A stretch of 62,987 nt of DNA, filler included, from Rhabdomonas costata (lineage: Eukaryota), in the NCBI GenBank assembly GCA_019059605.1. It is 26 parts of 26 records of this genome, joined end to end, with 100 filler letters (N's around TTAATTAATTAA, not from the genome) between each part and the next. Parts side by side here need not be neighbours in the genome. Positions count along the whole stretch, not along the records: positions 48,551 to 50,873 come from JAHMHO010004039.1; positions 50,974 to 53,296 come from JAHMHO010004040.1; positions 53,397 to 55,719 come from JAHMHO010004041.1; positions 55,820 to 58,142 come from JAHMHO010004042.1; positions 58,243 to 60,565 come from JAHMHO010004043.1; positions 60,666 to 62,987 come from JAHMHO010004044.1; 20 more parts are not named here. The stretch is one strand, 5' to 3'. A model generated the notes under the pieces. It was not told where the DNA came from, did not search any database, and worked only from the letters and a program-made list of their open reading frames with translations. Position numbers and translations under genes: made by a program. Positions 49,693 through 62,091 of the stretch are shown here, one piece after another; the first letter of the stretch is position 1; every line of letters starts with the position of its first letter.

Positions 49693-50547
49693 GTGCCAAG
49701 CATTCCTGCCCTTCCCCGTGGTTTTGATGCTCCGACTCTGTTGCGGGAGGCGGAGCAGGGCAGCGTCACCGCTATAGTCGCTGTCGCCATCCTTCGTGCC
49801 TGGGGCCGCCTTCCGGGAGCTGGCCTATCGCCGGATCGCCCTGGTGCGCTGGCGATGCTGCGATCTCCAGCGGTGGCTGCGTATCCAGTGGCCACGGCGC
49901 TGCGAGACATTTTCAGTGGTGGTCCCAGGTCGTCGGGAGAATGCCTTAGGGTACTTCGGGAGCACGCGGACTGGGACGACCTCACGGCATTGTGGGCGCT
50001 TGGAGTGTGCCGAAAATTCGGCCCGAGTTTCGCTCCCGGACTGCCCCCGGAGAATCGCGAGGAAGCATTTGCCTTATTCCGACTGGCGGCAGAGCAGGGC
50101 CACGCGGCCGCGCAGCATCATGTCGGAGCGGCCTACAGCTTGGGCGAGGGGACGGCTCGAGATTTGGCCGCGGCCGGGATATGGATTCGCAGGGCCGCAG
50201 AGCAGGGCTACGCCCAGGCGCAGGTCAACTTCGGGACCATGTACCAAAATGGCGACGGGGTGGAAAGGAAGCTGATGAAGGCCGCGGAGTGGTACCGCAA
50301 GGCGGCGGAGCAGGGCTACGCGGACGGGCAGTTCTATTTGGGGCAGTGCTATCAGATGGGCTACGGGGTGGCAAAGAACCTGCCGGAGGCCGTGAAGTGG
50401 TTCCGCAAGGCGGCGGACCAAGGGCAGGTGGAAGCCAGAGATGCGCTCAGGTTTCTGCAGTGTTGTGTGAGCAGTTACGTGTTGGCTTTTCTCTCGACTG
50501 ATGTTTTCTCTATTCGCGAGCCACTACTGCACTTGGGTCCGTGCTAA
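49693..50547 (+). CDS. Sel1-like repeat protein
   Basis: Repeats include AAEQGHAAAQ, AAEQGYAQAQVNFGTMYQNGDGV...AAEWYRKAAEQGYADGQFYLGQCY...GYGV...AVKWFRKAADQG. Both ends are uncertain. Confidence 0.88.
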   Translation: MPSIPALPRGFDAPTLLREAEQGSVTAIVAVAILRAWGRLPGAGLSPDRPGALAMLRSPAVAAYPVATALRDIFSGGPRSSGECLRVLREHADWDDLTALWALGVCRKFGPSFAPGLPPENREEAFALFRLAAEQGHAAAQHHVGAAYSLGEGTARDLAAAGIWIRRAAEQGYAQAQVNFGTMYQNGDGVERKLMKAAEWYRKAAEQGYADGQFYLGQCYQMGYGVAKNLPEAVKWFRKAADQGQVEARDALRFLQCCVSSYVLAFLSTDVFSIREPLLHLGPC

Positions 50548-53407
50548 TAATGTGGCCGATGATCGTGTTGAGCTTCTAGAGGAGCTTCCAGTGGGCGTTC
50601 CGCTCTTCTTTTACGGTTACAGTTACAGTTCTGAGGGTTCCACCAGGTGGACCTCACCACTTGTCGGAGGCCTCATCGGAAATGGGGTGGGACCACTTAT
50701 TTCGGCCCAAAACTTCACCCAATTTGCTTGGTGACATCCGCTATTGTCACTCCCGGACCAGACCGGAGACTTAACGTTGACCCCAAAACTCGAGCTGGAG
50801 TGAAGGGTTGGGGCTCACATTTGGTGGGACAGTAGTACCCCTGAGAGGAATTGGATGGCCGCACCCCCACAAANNNNNNNNNNNNNNNNNNNNNNNNNNN
50901 NNNNNNNNNNNNNNNNNTTAATTAATTAANNNNNNNNNNNNNNNNNNNNNNNNNNNNNNNNNNNNNNNNNNNNTTTTTTTGGTTTCCGTTTCGTTCTCGC
51001 CTTCTTCAGATCTTGTCAGCGTGTTCGTCCACCAGAAGGCTCGAAAAGCTTCTTTCGCCCTTCTTTCAAGGTCCTTCTTGGTGGCCTACTGCACCTTGAC
51101 CTGCCTCCTTTTCGTTCACATCTATGTGTTAGTGTGTGTTTCTTCAAATAGCAGCCGTGGGTAAGCACGTGTTACGCTCTGTCACCTTCGAAATGCTGTT
51201 TTCAATGCATCCCTACGCAAGCTGCGTCTCAGTTGTCTCTCCGCGCCGCTACAAAATGTGCAGGTTTGGGGTTTCCGCATTTTTTTAATGCTCTCGTTCC
51301 AAGCGCGTTTTGGGCACCACCGTCGCCCCCTCTCCCCTCTGATATTGCTATTCTGTATTTTCCATCATTTCTATCCTCTCCTTCCTCTCTCTTCTTCCCA
51401 ATGTTCGAGATGAGCATTGCGTGCTGTTTCCGATGTTGCCGTTGTCGGGTTTGGACAATTCTGTGAAAGGGTCGAGGAGTTCAAAAGAATTGGTGATTCA
51501 TGGAGATGTCCGCCAGGGTTGAATTCTTTGGGGCCTTTGTCCCATGGCATCAAGTTGATGTCCATTCCGGGACGGAGACGCTCAGCCGACGACTGTTGAG
51601 CTCGGTGAGCATGGCGGAATGACTAATTGTTGTGTGACGGCGTGGGACCACCAAGCCAGACCTGTAGCACGTAATTCAAGCGGCGTGATTTCATGGCTGT
51701 CCCCTCTGCCCGTGGGATGTGGGTTCGTCTGCGCCTTTGAAGGTTACCAACCAGATGTGGAAGATGACCGGATGACCGGATGGCCGCCCGGGTGTAAACG
51801 CACGAAACGTCTCCGTCAGCTTGAGGGCTCAAGGACGGCAATCCCTGTCTCGGCTTCCACCCCACCAACCCCAGCGTGAGTCATGGAGATCTGCCTGTGG
51901 GTGCGCGCCTCCGCAGTTCGCAGTTCGGGACCCACGTCTTGCGGTCACTTAAGCTGCTGGTGAAGAGCACATCTGCTGTTGCTGAGCCAGCGAGCGCAGC
52001 TTAGGTCGGACCTGACCATGTGGGAGGGACAAGGGCTAACAGGAGATCATTGTCGTGCTCCGTAGTATAAGTGACTCTGCGCTGCGTACAAAAAAACAAC
52101 CCAGCAATGATGCAAAAGCCAAAGGAGAGAGGGTGAATCATCCGGGTGCATAGGCGGCCCAACCCATCAGGTCACGTGTCATGCTTTCCTTTTAACGGGC
52201 ACACGAGACTACCCCCGAGTTTAAGGTCCTATCAACCCGCGTACTACAGTCGCGAAGATACCAGCAAAGGGTAGGCTGAAGGATGAATAGCTCTGGTCAC
52301 TACACAGCCTAAAAATGTGCAGCATTGTTTTTATGGGGGGGGGGCTGCGCGAACAATCCCATGAATGCTGGAGCTGTTGATTTAGGTGATCGGGACAGAG
52401 TATATGCTTCAATCCTTTTTCCTGTTCTCTCTTGCATCACGTTCAGCTCGCTTTTTTCTTCTCCGTTTTCTTTGGCTGCTTTTTGGCCGAGTGGTCTGCT
52501 CATGTTTTGATTTTCCGTCGGGTTCCAAGCAGACCAAGCCGGACCAGTGCCAATGAATCTGACGACTCCCGAGTCCCATTTTTTCCTATCGGAATACCTA
52601 TTTCCTGTCGAATGCATCTGTCGACAGGCATGCCTTTTGCTTGCCTCTTTCCCTTTGAAGGGTTTTGTGCGGGTCCCTGCATCCAACAGAGATCTAACAC
52701 TGAGCTCCGAACTTGAGCTTGAGCAGCTGGTTGGTCCTCACTCTTGGTAATATGGCATGCCGAGATATTAAGCCCATAAATCATTTCTAATGGTTAGCGT
52801 CGTGAAACGACCTAGCTGGGGAATGGCTCCAGGTTTGGTTGCTTGAGTAGCAACTTGAGAAGCAATCACGTTTTGTTAACACGACAAAACCCTTCGTTTC
52901 GTTGGGGACCCCTGAGCGCCCGCGGTGGTCCCCCGCGCTTTAACTTGCTTTTGATAGTTCTGGAGGAGAACAGTGCCCGCCGCCCAAAAATGCACTTTTT
53001 GCAAAATGGACTTCAGCGTTCCCAGCGGTTCGTATTTCATTGTAGCCCAAGCGAAAAGCCATGCCCATTTAACCGCCGATAAAATGACCCCCCCACACGC
53101 ACACCTTCCCCCAAGTAAATCGCCCCCCTTTGCCGTTCTGCCAACTTTGCCGCATTTCCATTGTGAGCCTTGTTTTTGAGTGCTGCGTGCCTCTCAGATG
53201 GTGGTGTGCAACGGCTCTCGAGCCCTGCTGACCGACGATCGTCGTGTAGTGTTGGACCTGCGGTATCCCATGCTAAGTATGACTACCCCCCCGCTGNNNN
53301 NNNNNNNNNNNNNNNNNNNNNNNNNNNNNNNNNNNNNNNNTTAATTAATTAANNNNNNNNNNNNNNNNNNNNNNNNNNNNNNNNNNNNNNNNNNNNAGCG
53401 CGCGTAC

Positions 53408-53559
53408 CCCACTTCGGGTGTGCAAAAATGTAGAAGTTCTTCTCGTCGCCAAGCTTGTTAATGGTGTACTTCCACCACACCATCGTGAAAACCCCAAACG
53501 CCACGAAGTGGCTAAACAGCCATGGCCTCGCAATGGTGTACCGAAACCAGTTGCTCTTC
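53408..53559 (-). CDS. Exon of a small single-pass membrane protein, unassigned
   Basis: AG/GT-bounded exon KSNWFRYTIARPWLFSHFVAFGVFTMVWWKYTINKLGDEKNFYIFAHPKW with a poly-T acceptor. Confidence 0.45.
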
Positions 53560-56500
53560 CTGAAAAAAAAAAAAAGAGAGCGTTTTGTCCACAAGACTGA
53601 AAAAGCAATTCAAACCTCCCTGCAAGAATCCCTGCAAGAATTCCGCCAATTATGCGAAATTAAATCTTGATTCGAAATCTCTACATATGCAGTACAGTGC
53701 AGTAGTAGGCTGCTGGGATGCTCATTTTTCAGCCTTCCAAATCCTCTGCTTGCTGCTTATCGGCGTCCAAGGTGGTCTTTCTTCTGAGGACGCTGCCGGC
53801 CTACCTCTAACCTCCCTTCCTCTAACCTAACTACCCCTAACCGGGCCAGCCAAAGCCAGGTGAATCTTAGGCTACTAGACAGGTCAATACGGGGTACTCC
53901 TGCCCGTCGACCCGATAGGCACTCCCAGGGCCTTCACACCGGTCCGCCCAGAGTCCTCAAAAGGAGTTACGGTGGGTTGTCTTTCGCGCGCCTCTCCTCG
54001 TCTCCCATCACCCCGCTGCCATGCTCTCAGCTAAAAGTCTGTGTGATTTACATGCACGCCCCTTCCCCGTCGTGGTGGTCTCTCCCATTTGCCGCCCACG
54101 TTGATTTCGTGATTCTGTGCATTTAATATGGTGAGCGGAAATAGAGACCGCCCCGTTTTTTTATTCCTGGTGCTTTAGCCAAGCTAGGAGTGATTAAGGG
54201 CGGGGGTGCGACGACCCAAAGCGAGCTCTAAAAAAAAGGAAGAAAAGAAGCCCCCCTTAAAATTTGCTTGTAATGTCGATTCCCGTGATAGCGACAGCAA
54301 AGAGCCGATAGCGTTTACTATTAACTTTTTGTCAGCGCCACCGTCTTTTTGGGTCTCGGTGAGGAATGTCCTGTGCAACAAGGTTGGAATATCAAATTTT
54401 GGTGGTTGTATTCGGTTGACATTTTTGTACAGGTGTTTTGATCGTTTTGATCGTTACATTTTCTAGTAAATTCACTCCAGGATGGGGTGTGACTTCGTAC
54501 TGAATGGCCTGCGAATTTTGTATTTCATTTCAAACTGAGGAGTGACCTCTTGCTGGGGTTGAACATACAACAGGATAGAACTGTTTGAAGGCGGAGGCGA
54601 GCCACGCCGGCGGCGAGGCCAGCAGCACCGCTCCGGCGGTGGCTGGGGACCTTGCGCGGGGAAGCGAATAATCGGGAGAATAATCACGGAAATCCGGTGG
54701 ATTGGTGGCAGATTTCAATCATTACGTCTGCAGTAATGAATTCTTTTTGTCCTGTGTTTGTTTTGAACGTTCCTGAGTCCGGCACTTTTACCTGAAAAAG
54801 ACAATGGCCTTTGCTTTCACCTTTTTAGTTGTGTTAGCGGTCACCAAGACGACAGCGACGAAAAAAAGGTTGAGAGCGTTCGCTATCACCAGGGAGCGGG
54901 GGGACGCACCAAGTCCGAAATTGTTAATTGAAGCTCCACAACAACGAAAGGATCCATGTTTTTTCTTCATTTTTTCTATACATGCTGTGATTTTGAGCTG
55001 TTTCTCAATAACATTTCCGATAATTTCGAAATTTTGCTTTTTGGGCTAACTTGGCGTTGGAAGCACACGGGGTAGGATGGCTGAAGGTATTGCAGAATAG
55101 CGGCTCCGTACTTGTTGCGAATTGCGGGGAGACCTTCTGGCGGAGGTTAACGCAGTGCTCCCTGCAGCTCAGAACAGAGTTTGGTGGGATTCAAATAGCC
55201 TCAAGTCAATTGCTTGGCGCCGGTTCGAAGTGGGCCGAAAATGCAAAGAAAAAAATTGTGGTTATTTTTTTGCAGGTTGCCCTTTTTCGCTCCCCTGCGT
55301 TGGGTGACCCCTTCAGCCAGTTCAGGGCAAATAGCCCGCGCAAAAAAGGGCACAAAAAGCGCCGCCAAAAACTGGGAAAACTGGAAGTTGGCGAGGCCAA
55401 AAATGCCAAGCAGAAAAGTGCAAAAGCGTGCAAAAGAAGCCGTCACATCGTCACATCGACCGTGTCGCAGCTTCTCTTTTCCGAAATTGCGTGTGCCCAT
55501 GCTCTCGCTCGGGTTCGCCGTCCGTCTGAGAAGGAACGCTCAGACCTTGGGAACCATATCCGAAGCTCCTTCATGCGGATGTCGACGGCGTGCCACCTCT
55601 GGCGACATGGGCACGAGTATAGCCCTTTCCAATCTTGGACCACCCCTTCGGTCCGAGGGTCAACTCAAGGGGAGCCCTGTTTTCCGTCCCACAGGGTGAC
55701 GAGGTCCCAACCCACCCCCNNNNNNNNNNNNNNNNNNNNNNNNNNNNNNNNNNNNNNNNNNNNTTAATTAATTAANNNNNNNNNNNNNNNNNNNNNNNNN
55801 NNNNNNNNNNNNNNNNNNNTGTTTTGTGTGCAAGGACGAGTCCTTTGGGTGGTTCACAAAGGACTTGAGGAAAATGCGAGTTAGGCGTTAACAACCGTAA
55901 CCAAAAAGAGTCGTCGTCGGAACGAGAATGAAACATCAGGTTTTTTCAGCGAGAAGAGAAGAGGTTGCAAAATTGGGATTTATGATCGGACGCTCAAACG
56001 CTGTAGCCTTAATGATACCGCAGGACAGTAACCGCGAAGAATTGTTTTTGGGAAAGAAATAAAAGGATGCTCAGCTTTGGAAGAAATGAATGGTAGTGAG
56101 GGTCTAGTAGTTGTCTTTTCCTGTCTTCTCAGGCTCAACGGGACAAGTCTGGGGTCTTCCTACCAGCAGACAGCTACAACAAGCTGATTGAGAGGGACCA
56201 GGAGGCCTCCCAGCGGATTGCTCAGCTGGAGCAGGAGCTCGAGGTCCGAAGTCTATGTCAGCTTCTTTCAGGGTGATGGTTTCTTCTTCGTTTCGTCCCG
56301 GCTCCCTTCCCAGGTAAGATTGCAGCCTTGGTACCCCCTGATAGTTAAGTGATACCTGGATCCTGTTTCCTGGGTACGGGTACATCGGCCAACCTTGCAA
56401 TGAATGTCATGGCACTAAGTCGGCGCAGCAGCACTTCTTTCCAAACGAAGTCGACCGAAGTCTCAGCCTCCTTGTTTCTGCACTGGTTGACGCAAAGGGA

Positions 56501-56572
56501 AGGGATTGTGGGGCACTCAGGCAACTTTCCCCTTTTCTTCCGTCCCCCTCCTTTTCCGCCTCGTCAATTCAG

Positions 56573-58115
56573 GTCGCGCAGGAGCACCTGAAGCAGGCGG
56601 ACAAGCAGCTGGCGAAGTACAAGCGGGCCACTGAGCTGGTCCGCCGGAGGTTTGATGGCCTGGACACCGCCACCGGGGGCATGCTGCAGGACCTCCAGAA
56701 GGACTTCAACGACGTCTCCGCTCGTGTCGCCAAGGTAGTGCCCCGAGTACCCCGAGCGGCATGTGCTCGGGGTCATTGCTCGGCAAAACCAACACAAGAT
56801 TGGCAGAGATTAAAGTGAAAGTCCCATGTTGCAAGGAATCGCTGTGGGTTTTTTTTCAACTTCACAGGTTTTTGGGAAGGGTGTTGGATGAGAGTTCGTC
56901 ACTCGGCAGCGATTTTGTTGTAATTTCTTTAATGGCGCCGTTTTCCTCTTTTTCTGTGGTGGTTGTTCTTTTCTGCCTGCTTCAGCTTAGCCGCAGCACT
57001 TTAACTTGGTGCCGATTTTTTCCCCAAACAACTTCGAAAAGCAACTGATGCATCTCGTTTTCGGCTGGCTGGTTGTACACAGAATGTAGACTTGCTCAAG
57101 TCCCAGGCCGAAGAGCTTGGACACGACCTCAACATTTCTATGGTAGGCATCTCAGCGTTGGTGCAGACCGCGAGACAGGTGGGCCTTCCTCTCACCAAGA
57201 AATAACGAGAACATCAAAATTCCAAATAAATGTGAATATATTATATCACAAGCGTGCAGTCATATGGAGTACTAAATGGGATGAATGGGATACCCTTTTT
57301 GCTGTATTTTGTAAGATTGCGATTCAAGACTCCTATTGCAGCTCTTTCTGAATCCTCGTTCAGTGCTTACTTGCCTTGGACGACGGGGAATGTTATTTTC
57401 TCCCATCTTTCCAGAAAGAAACTCTAAGCCCAACGTTAATCCCAAACGTAACTCTAAGGCGGCAGGGATTCTCCGGCCCTAAGTTGGACAGCGTTTGCTT
57501 GGGAAGCCCGTAGATTATCCTCCGGGCATTTTAGCCCTGCCAGGGATCACGTGAATGTGTTGCTCAGTGCTCGGTGGGATCTATGAAATCTCCGAGAAGC
57601 TCTGACAAGTTGGTTGCCAGATATAGAAGGGCTTCCTGAACACATGGTGACGACGATAGGCAAAGTCATCTGCACCGTTTTCTGATAAACGTCAGTTTCC
57701 TGCGGCGTAGCCTGATAAGTATGCATGCGCTGGGGGCGGGCTCATTCACGTTTAACCAAAAGGAACTGTTCAGCTAGGACGAAGGCAGTTTTTTCCCACT
57801 CCAAAGGCAGGGCTGTCTAGGATATTCTGGGGATGGGGCTCCCATCACTGACAATCAAGTTCATAGGTTGCATATGTATGCACTTGATTGCACATGAGTA
57901 GGCTGGTGGAATTCGTCCCAGGAGAAGGCCTTTTGTTTTCATGGCCTCATTTCCTCCTCAATTCCAAACAGAAGCAGGCTGAAGGCCTCGCCGACTCTCA
58001 GGCTCTGCTGGACACTGCGGAGAAGGGCTTGGCCTCTCACCTCGCCGAGACGGAAGCTTGCGTGGGGGAGTTTCTGAAGATCTGCTCGTCGTCCGCTGCG
58101 GCGGTAGCGGAGCAG
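56573..58115 (+). CDS. Coiled-coil protein fragment; exons 56573-56734, 57972-~58115
   Basis: GC-rich, phase-0-compatible exons: VAQEHLKQADKQLAKYKRATELVRRRF...VSARVAK|KQAEGLADSQALLDTAEKGLASHLAETE. Family not identified. Confidence 0.55.
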
Positions 58116-58353
58116 GCATGCCGTGGCCCTCCCCCCCCCGTTNNNNNNNNNNNNNNNNNNNNNNNNNNNNNNNNNNNNNNNNNNNNTTAATTAATTAANN
58201 NNNNNNNNNNNNNNNNNNNNNNNNNNNNNNNNNNNNNNNNNNGGATGCTTCACTGTTTTCTCTCGATCAGGGCGGCAAGGTTAGATTGTATGTTTTTGTT
58301 GGACCCCTTCGATTGTCTCTCGCCCTGTCAGTGTGAGTGCACAAAATCCAAAG

Positions 58354-58627
58354 GTTTGCTGCAAGCTTGAAGTTGACTCCTTCTGTGGGGACCGCGACAA
58401 GCTGGGCTCCCTCCGTGGCTGCCAGCTGTGCTTGACCACCTTCTCCGCGGTGTCCTGCTGCTGCTGCGAGGAGTCCATGGTGCGGTCTTGTGGGTTCCCG
58501 AAGACGTGCTGCAAGTGCGCCGCGCAGCAGCTCTGCGTGGACTGCCGCATGGCGCTGCCGCCGGACGAGGAGGTGCCATTGGCCTGTTCCATATTGGGCT
58601 TCTACCTGATGGGAAAGAAAGGCGGCG
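58354..58627 (+). CDS. Cys-rich protein exon, uncharacterised
   Basis: GC-rich exon VCCKLEVDSFC...CQLC...SCCCCEES...PKTCCKCAAQQLCVDCRMALPPDEEVPLACSILG. Confidence 0.6.
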
Positions 58628-60934
58628 GTGTGTATTGTGTATACACCTGGGGAGAGGGGGACAACCATAGTCCCTTAAATTCGCGGAGTTAAACACAGCA
58701 GTCAAGTTATAGTGATGTCTTCTTTCGTTCTCTTTGTGACGATTCTCTCCTTTCCCCCTCATCATACCCGTACGGCTCCCCCACCTTTCTCAATACAAAA
58801 CGGCCTCGAAAGCGCGTCTCATATGCGACCTTCGACTATACAATTCGATTTTCTCTCTGGTCCTTCCCAAACCGCCAACGTTTTCTTTACCCCAACTTGA
58901 ATCTCTTCTCACTCCGCGCGCTGGCCCCCCGACTTTTTTCACCAAGCTGGATATAGCAAATTGCTTTTGGTCAATCTCTCTTCCTCCTGCCGTGTGTGGG
59001 TGCTTCACTCTCCAGTTGAAAGTTTCCGAAGGAAACTGCAGTTTCTCCTGCATCACCGTGTTTTCTCAACTGCTAGGCTTTCTATATTCCTTTCCCACCT
59101 TTTTGGCCCATCAATTCTTCTCTCTCTCTATGGCTCTCATCTCTCTCTCTAGATATTGTCTGACGACTCTGTTTCCAGATGTTTCGCCTTTGAGCTGTCT
59201 TCTTCCCGTTTCGACTTGATAGATTCGTCCGGGGCCCAGAAGAATGTGGCGCCCAAGACTCAAGACATGCGTTAAAGCAACAGCTCAAGGTTTTTCTGCG
59301 GTATCTTCAAGCTGATTCAGTGCAGGATGTTGGGCCCGCTTTCCCTCCACGCTTACACACGCAGGGAAGACCCTCCCTCTCCCTTGCTGTGGTTTGCGTC
59401 GGATGTGTTAAAGGGTTTCAAAGGAGGAAAGGACGGGGAGGTTTGTGCTGTCTTGCATGTGTAGGAGGGCGGAGCCCTTTTGTTGGCAACATGGTGAGCG
59501 TTCAAGCAACACGAGGGCTCAGCATCATTTGTTTCTTTTTTTTTTGCACCAGTGTCTCTCATCTACGCTTGGGTTCACAGCTTCACAGGGTGCTGGATGG
59601 GAAACGATCTTTTTTCTCATACCTTTTTGTTCTCTCTTCTGAAACGCCTTTTTTCAACAAACCTTTTTGCACTCAACAGGGCACTCAACAGACACAACCA
59701 AGTCAAAAAACCCAGCATGCTGAAGGGCGCAGCCACTCATGCGTTTGTTCCTTTAAGGAAGAAATGCTGGGTGCTCCTCTCTTTCGTTCACGCCGGCGTT
59801 GCATTGTTTTTCGTTCGTTTCTTGATTTGCAGGGAAAGAGAGAAAGGGGAGGTGCACTGAGTTTATGGGAATATGACCACTGTACCACAGCTGCGGTACT
59901 ACAGCTGCGACAAGCGCTTCGCCCCGAACCCATAATTGGGCAATAATGAGATTTGGTAGGGGTGGTCATCCCAGGGTCACAAACACGAAGCTCCTACACA
60001 ACTTCGCTGTTGTGTGAAAGGGAATATTAGGGTTTCTCGGGGTCTCACCGCTGAGCGGGGTTCCAACTATGATCTGGCGCGGGTCATTTAAAAGTGTGAG
60101 TGACAATTGAGAGGATAATGCGGCAAATAGGAATTACCATTGACCCTCATTTACTATTTACTGTCCGAAAAAGGAAAAACTCCAGAAACGCCGCACACAA
60201 GTCCCGTTCCATGAGGGAAACAATATGTGCGCCTTTGGAGAAGGTGCACCCACCAACCTGTTCAAAAGCACCATTTCAAAATTATCAGAAATTGCACGGC
60301 AGCCCCTTGGTACTAGGATGCTGATGGTTTCCATTCGCGATTTTCTGCCGATTGCAGAGAAATGTGCTGCCCTCCTAACTGAAGCTCATTTCCTCTCTTC
60401 CTTGCTTGTCTGTTCGTGGTGACGTGTTTTTTTCTGCAATGGCGGCCAGCTTCCGCTCATCGACGGTGTACACCATGACCGACGCCACAGAGTCCAGCCT
60501 GTGTCTGTCCGCGCGCAGCATGAGCACCCTAAGCTCCTGCCCCGCCCCCGACCGCATCGTGGAGTNNNNNNNNNNNNNNNNNNNNNNNNNNNNNNNNNNN
60601 NNNNNNNNNTTAATTAATTAANNNNNNNNNNNNNNNNNNNNNNNNNNNNNNNNNNNNNNNNNNNNTCTTGAGCAAGTTGATATTTCTGTAATTTGCAACG
60701 AAGACGCGTGCTGTGCTGTGCTCGCGGTACTTTGTATCTGTGTCAACTTAGCTGTTGTGTGTGCCGGCAGATATTATGCAGCTAATCTCACCTCCATATG
60801 CTTGTAATTTTATTGCAGGGTGACAGAGGAGAGCAGTTCTCATTTCAATTTAACTGAACATACTGTTGACAGGCCAGAGAAATGTTTCAAACGCTGTTTT
60901 CGGTCTTCTGTGGGTGGTTGCACTCTCTTTTAAG

Positions 60935-62091
60935 CTGGCTCAGCAGTACAACACGGCGCTGACGATGGCAGGCATGGTGCAGACCATGGTGTTTGACAAC
61001 GGAATCGCCACGATTGGGCAGCGCAGCCTTAGTGCTGCGATGCTGATGGCCGGGCTGGTGGACCAGCTCTTTCTGATGACCTCCTCCGACCTGGCCCAGC
61101 AGCGCGCCACGGCTGCCTCCAACTATCTTACCGTGCTGACTACTAGCCTGGGAAGCAGCCTCGACGCCCTGGTATCGGTGATAAATGGCCTGAACAGCGG
61201 GTTGCTGGGAGGCGGGGAAAGCGCCCTTCTGGTGCAGTACTCCTCCACCAGCCCGACCCGGGGCGATGCCCTGGGCAACAACACCGTCCTCCTGAGTGCA
61301 CTTCCAGGCTGCCCCCTCGGCCCTCTCTCTGCCAACTGCAGCGCTCTTAGCGACATCCTCTCCGCTGCTGCGAAGGCCTTTGCTGGAGGCGTTGGCGGGT
61401 TTCAGGGAATCTCCTACACCGGCGAGTCTGCCTTTCTCGGGCACTGTCCCATTCCAAACTCCGCCCTGGCGGTGGTGTACGTGGTGCCCTTCAAGCAGAG
61501 GCAGGCCAGCTTCCTCCTAACCACGGTGGACGCTGTGTACAATACCAACCTAACCAGCTGGACCGGGGACCTGTTGATGCAGTCGAAGTACAACCCCGGT
61601 GTAGTTTTGACGGGCAGCTTTTCCCCGTGCACGGTGGGGAGCTGCGCCTTCGACCCCGCCGGGGCGGCCGCACTGCAGTCCCCCTCGGCGACCTCCATTG
61701 GACTTCCCAGCTACGACGTCCAAAGCTCCCTGGCCGTGGCTGGGGAGATGCCCAACCTGAACGCCAGCGTGGTGATGGAGTTCTTCATGACCGACCCCAC
61801 CCTCACAGGGATCCCTAGCTCCTCGTGGTCCTACCACTCCGTCCGCGGCCAGCTTCTGCAGCAGCTGGGGCTGCAGAGCACACGGATGAACACCGACCTG
61901 CAGGGGACCGCGGAGCTGCTGTTTGTAGAGAAGTTTATGAATGGAACGGTGGAGCAGGTGGACTATCTCACCACTCCGAAGTTCACCGCGGAGTGCGCGC
62001 CGCACTGCGGGGTCACGGCTGCCTCCGCCCAGCTTCCCGTTCGAGCGGCCGTGCAGTGCATCAACGGCACCGGGGTGATGACGGACTACCG
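60935..62091 (+). CDS. Large extracellular Cache-like sensor exon of a membrane receptor
   Basis: Open exon of about 385 codons with repeated Cache-like modules (GISYTGESAFLGHCPIPNSALAVVYVVP; GLPSYDVQSSLAVAGEMPNLNASVVMEF; GTGVMTDYR), Cys pairs and N-glycosylation sequons. Confidence 0.6.

Noticed and set aside
51500-52690. LAWWSH...SSAER (hAT-like) and RPLGQKAAK (Harbinger ORF1-like) snippets on the minus strand
   Set aside because: They are short, in different frames, and could arise by chance.
2325-60665. Regularly spaced TTAATTAATTAA motif resembling a repeat array or CRISPR
   Set aside because: It always lies within N-runs and is an artificial six-frame-stop linker. Adjacent contigs therefore give no operon or synteny information.
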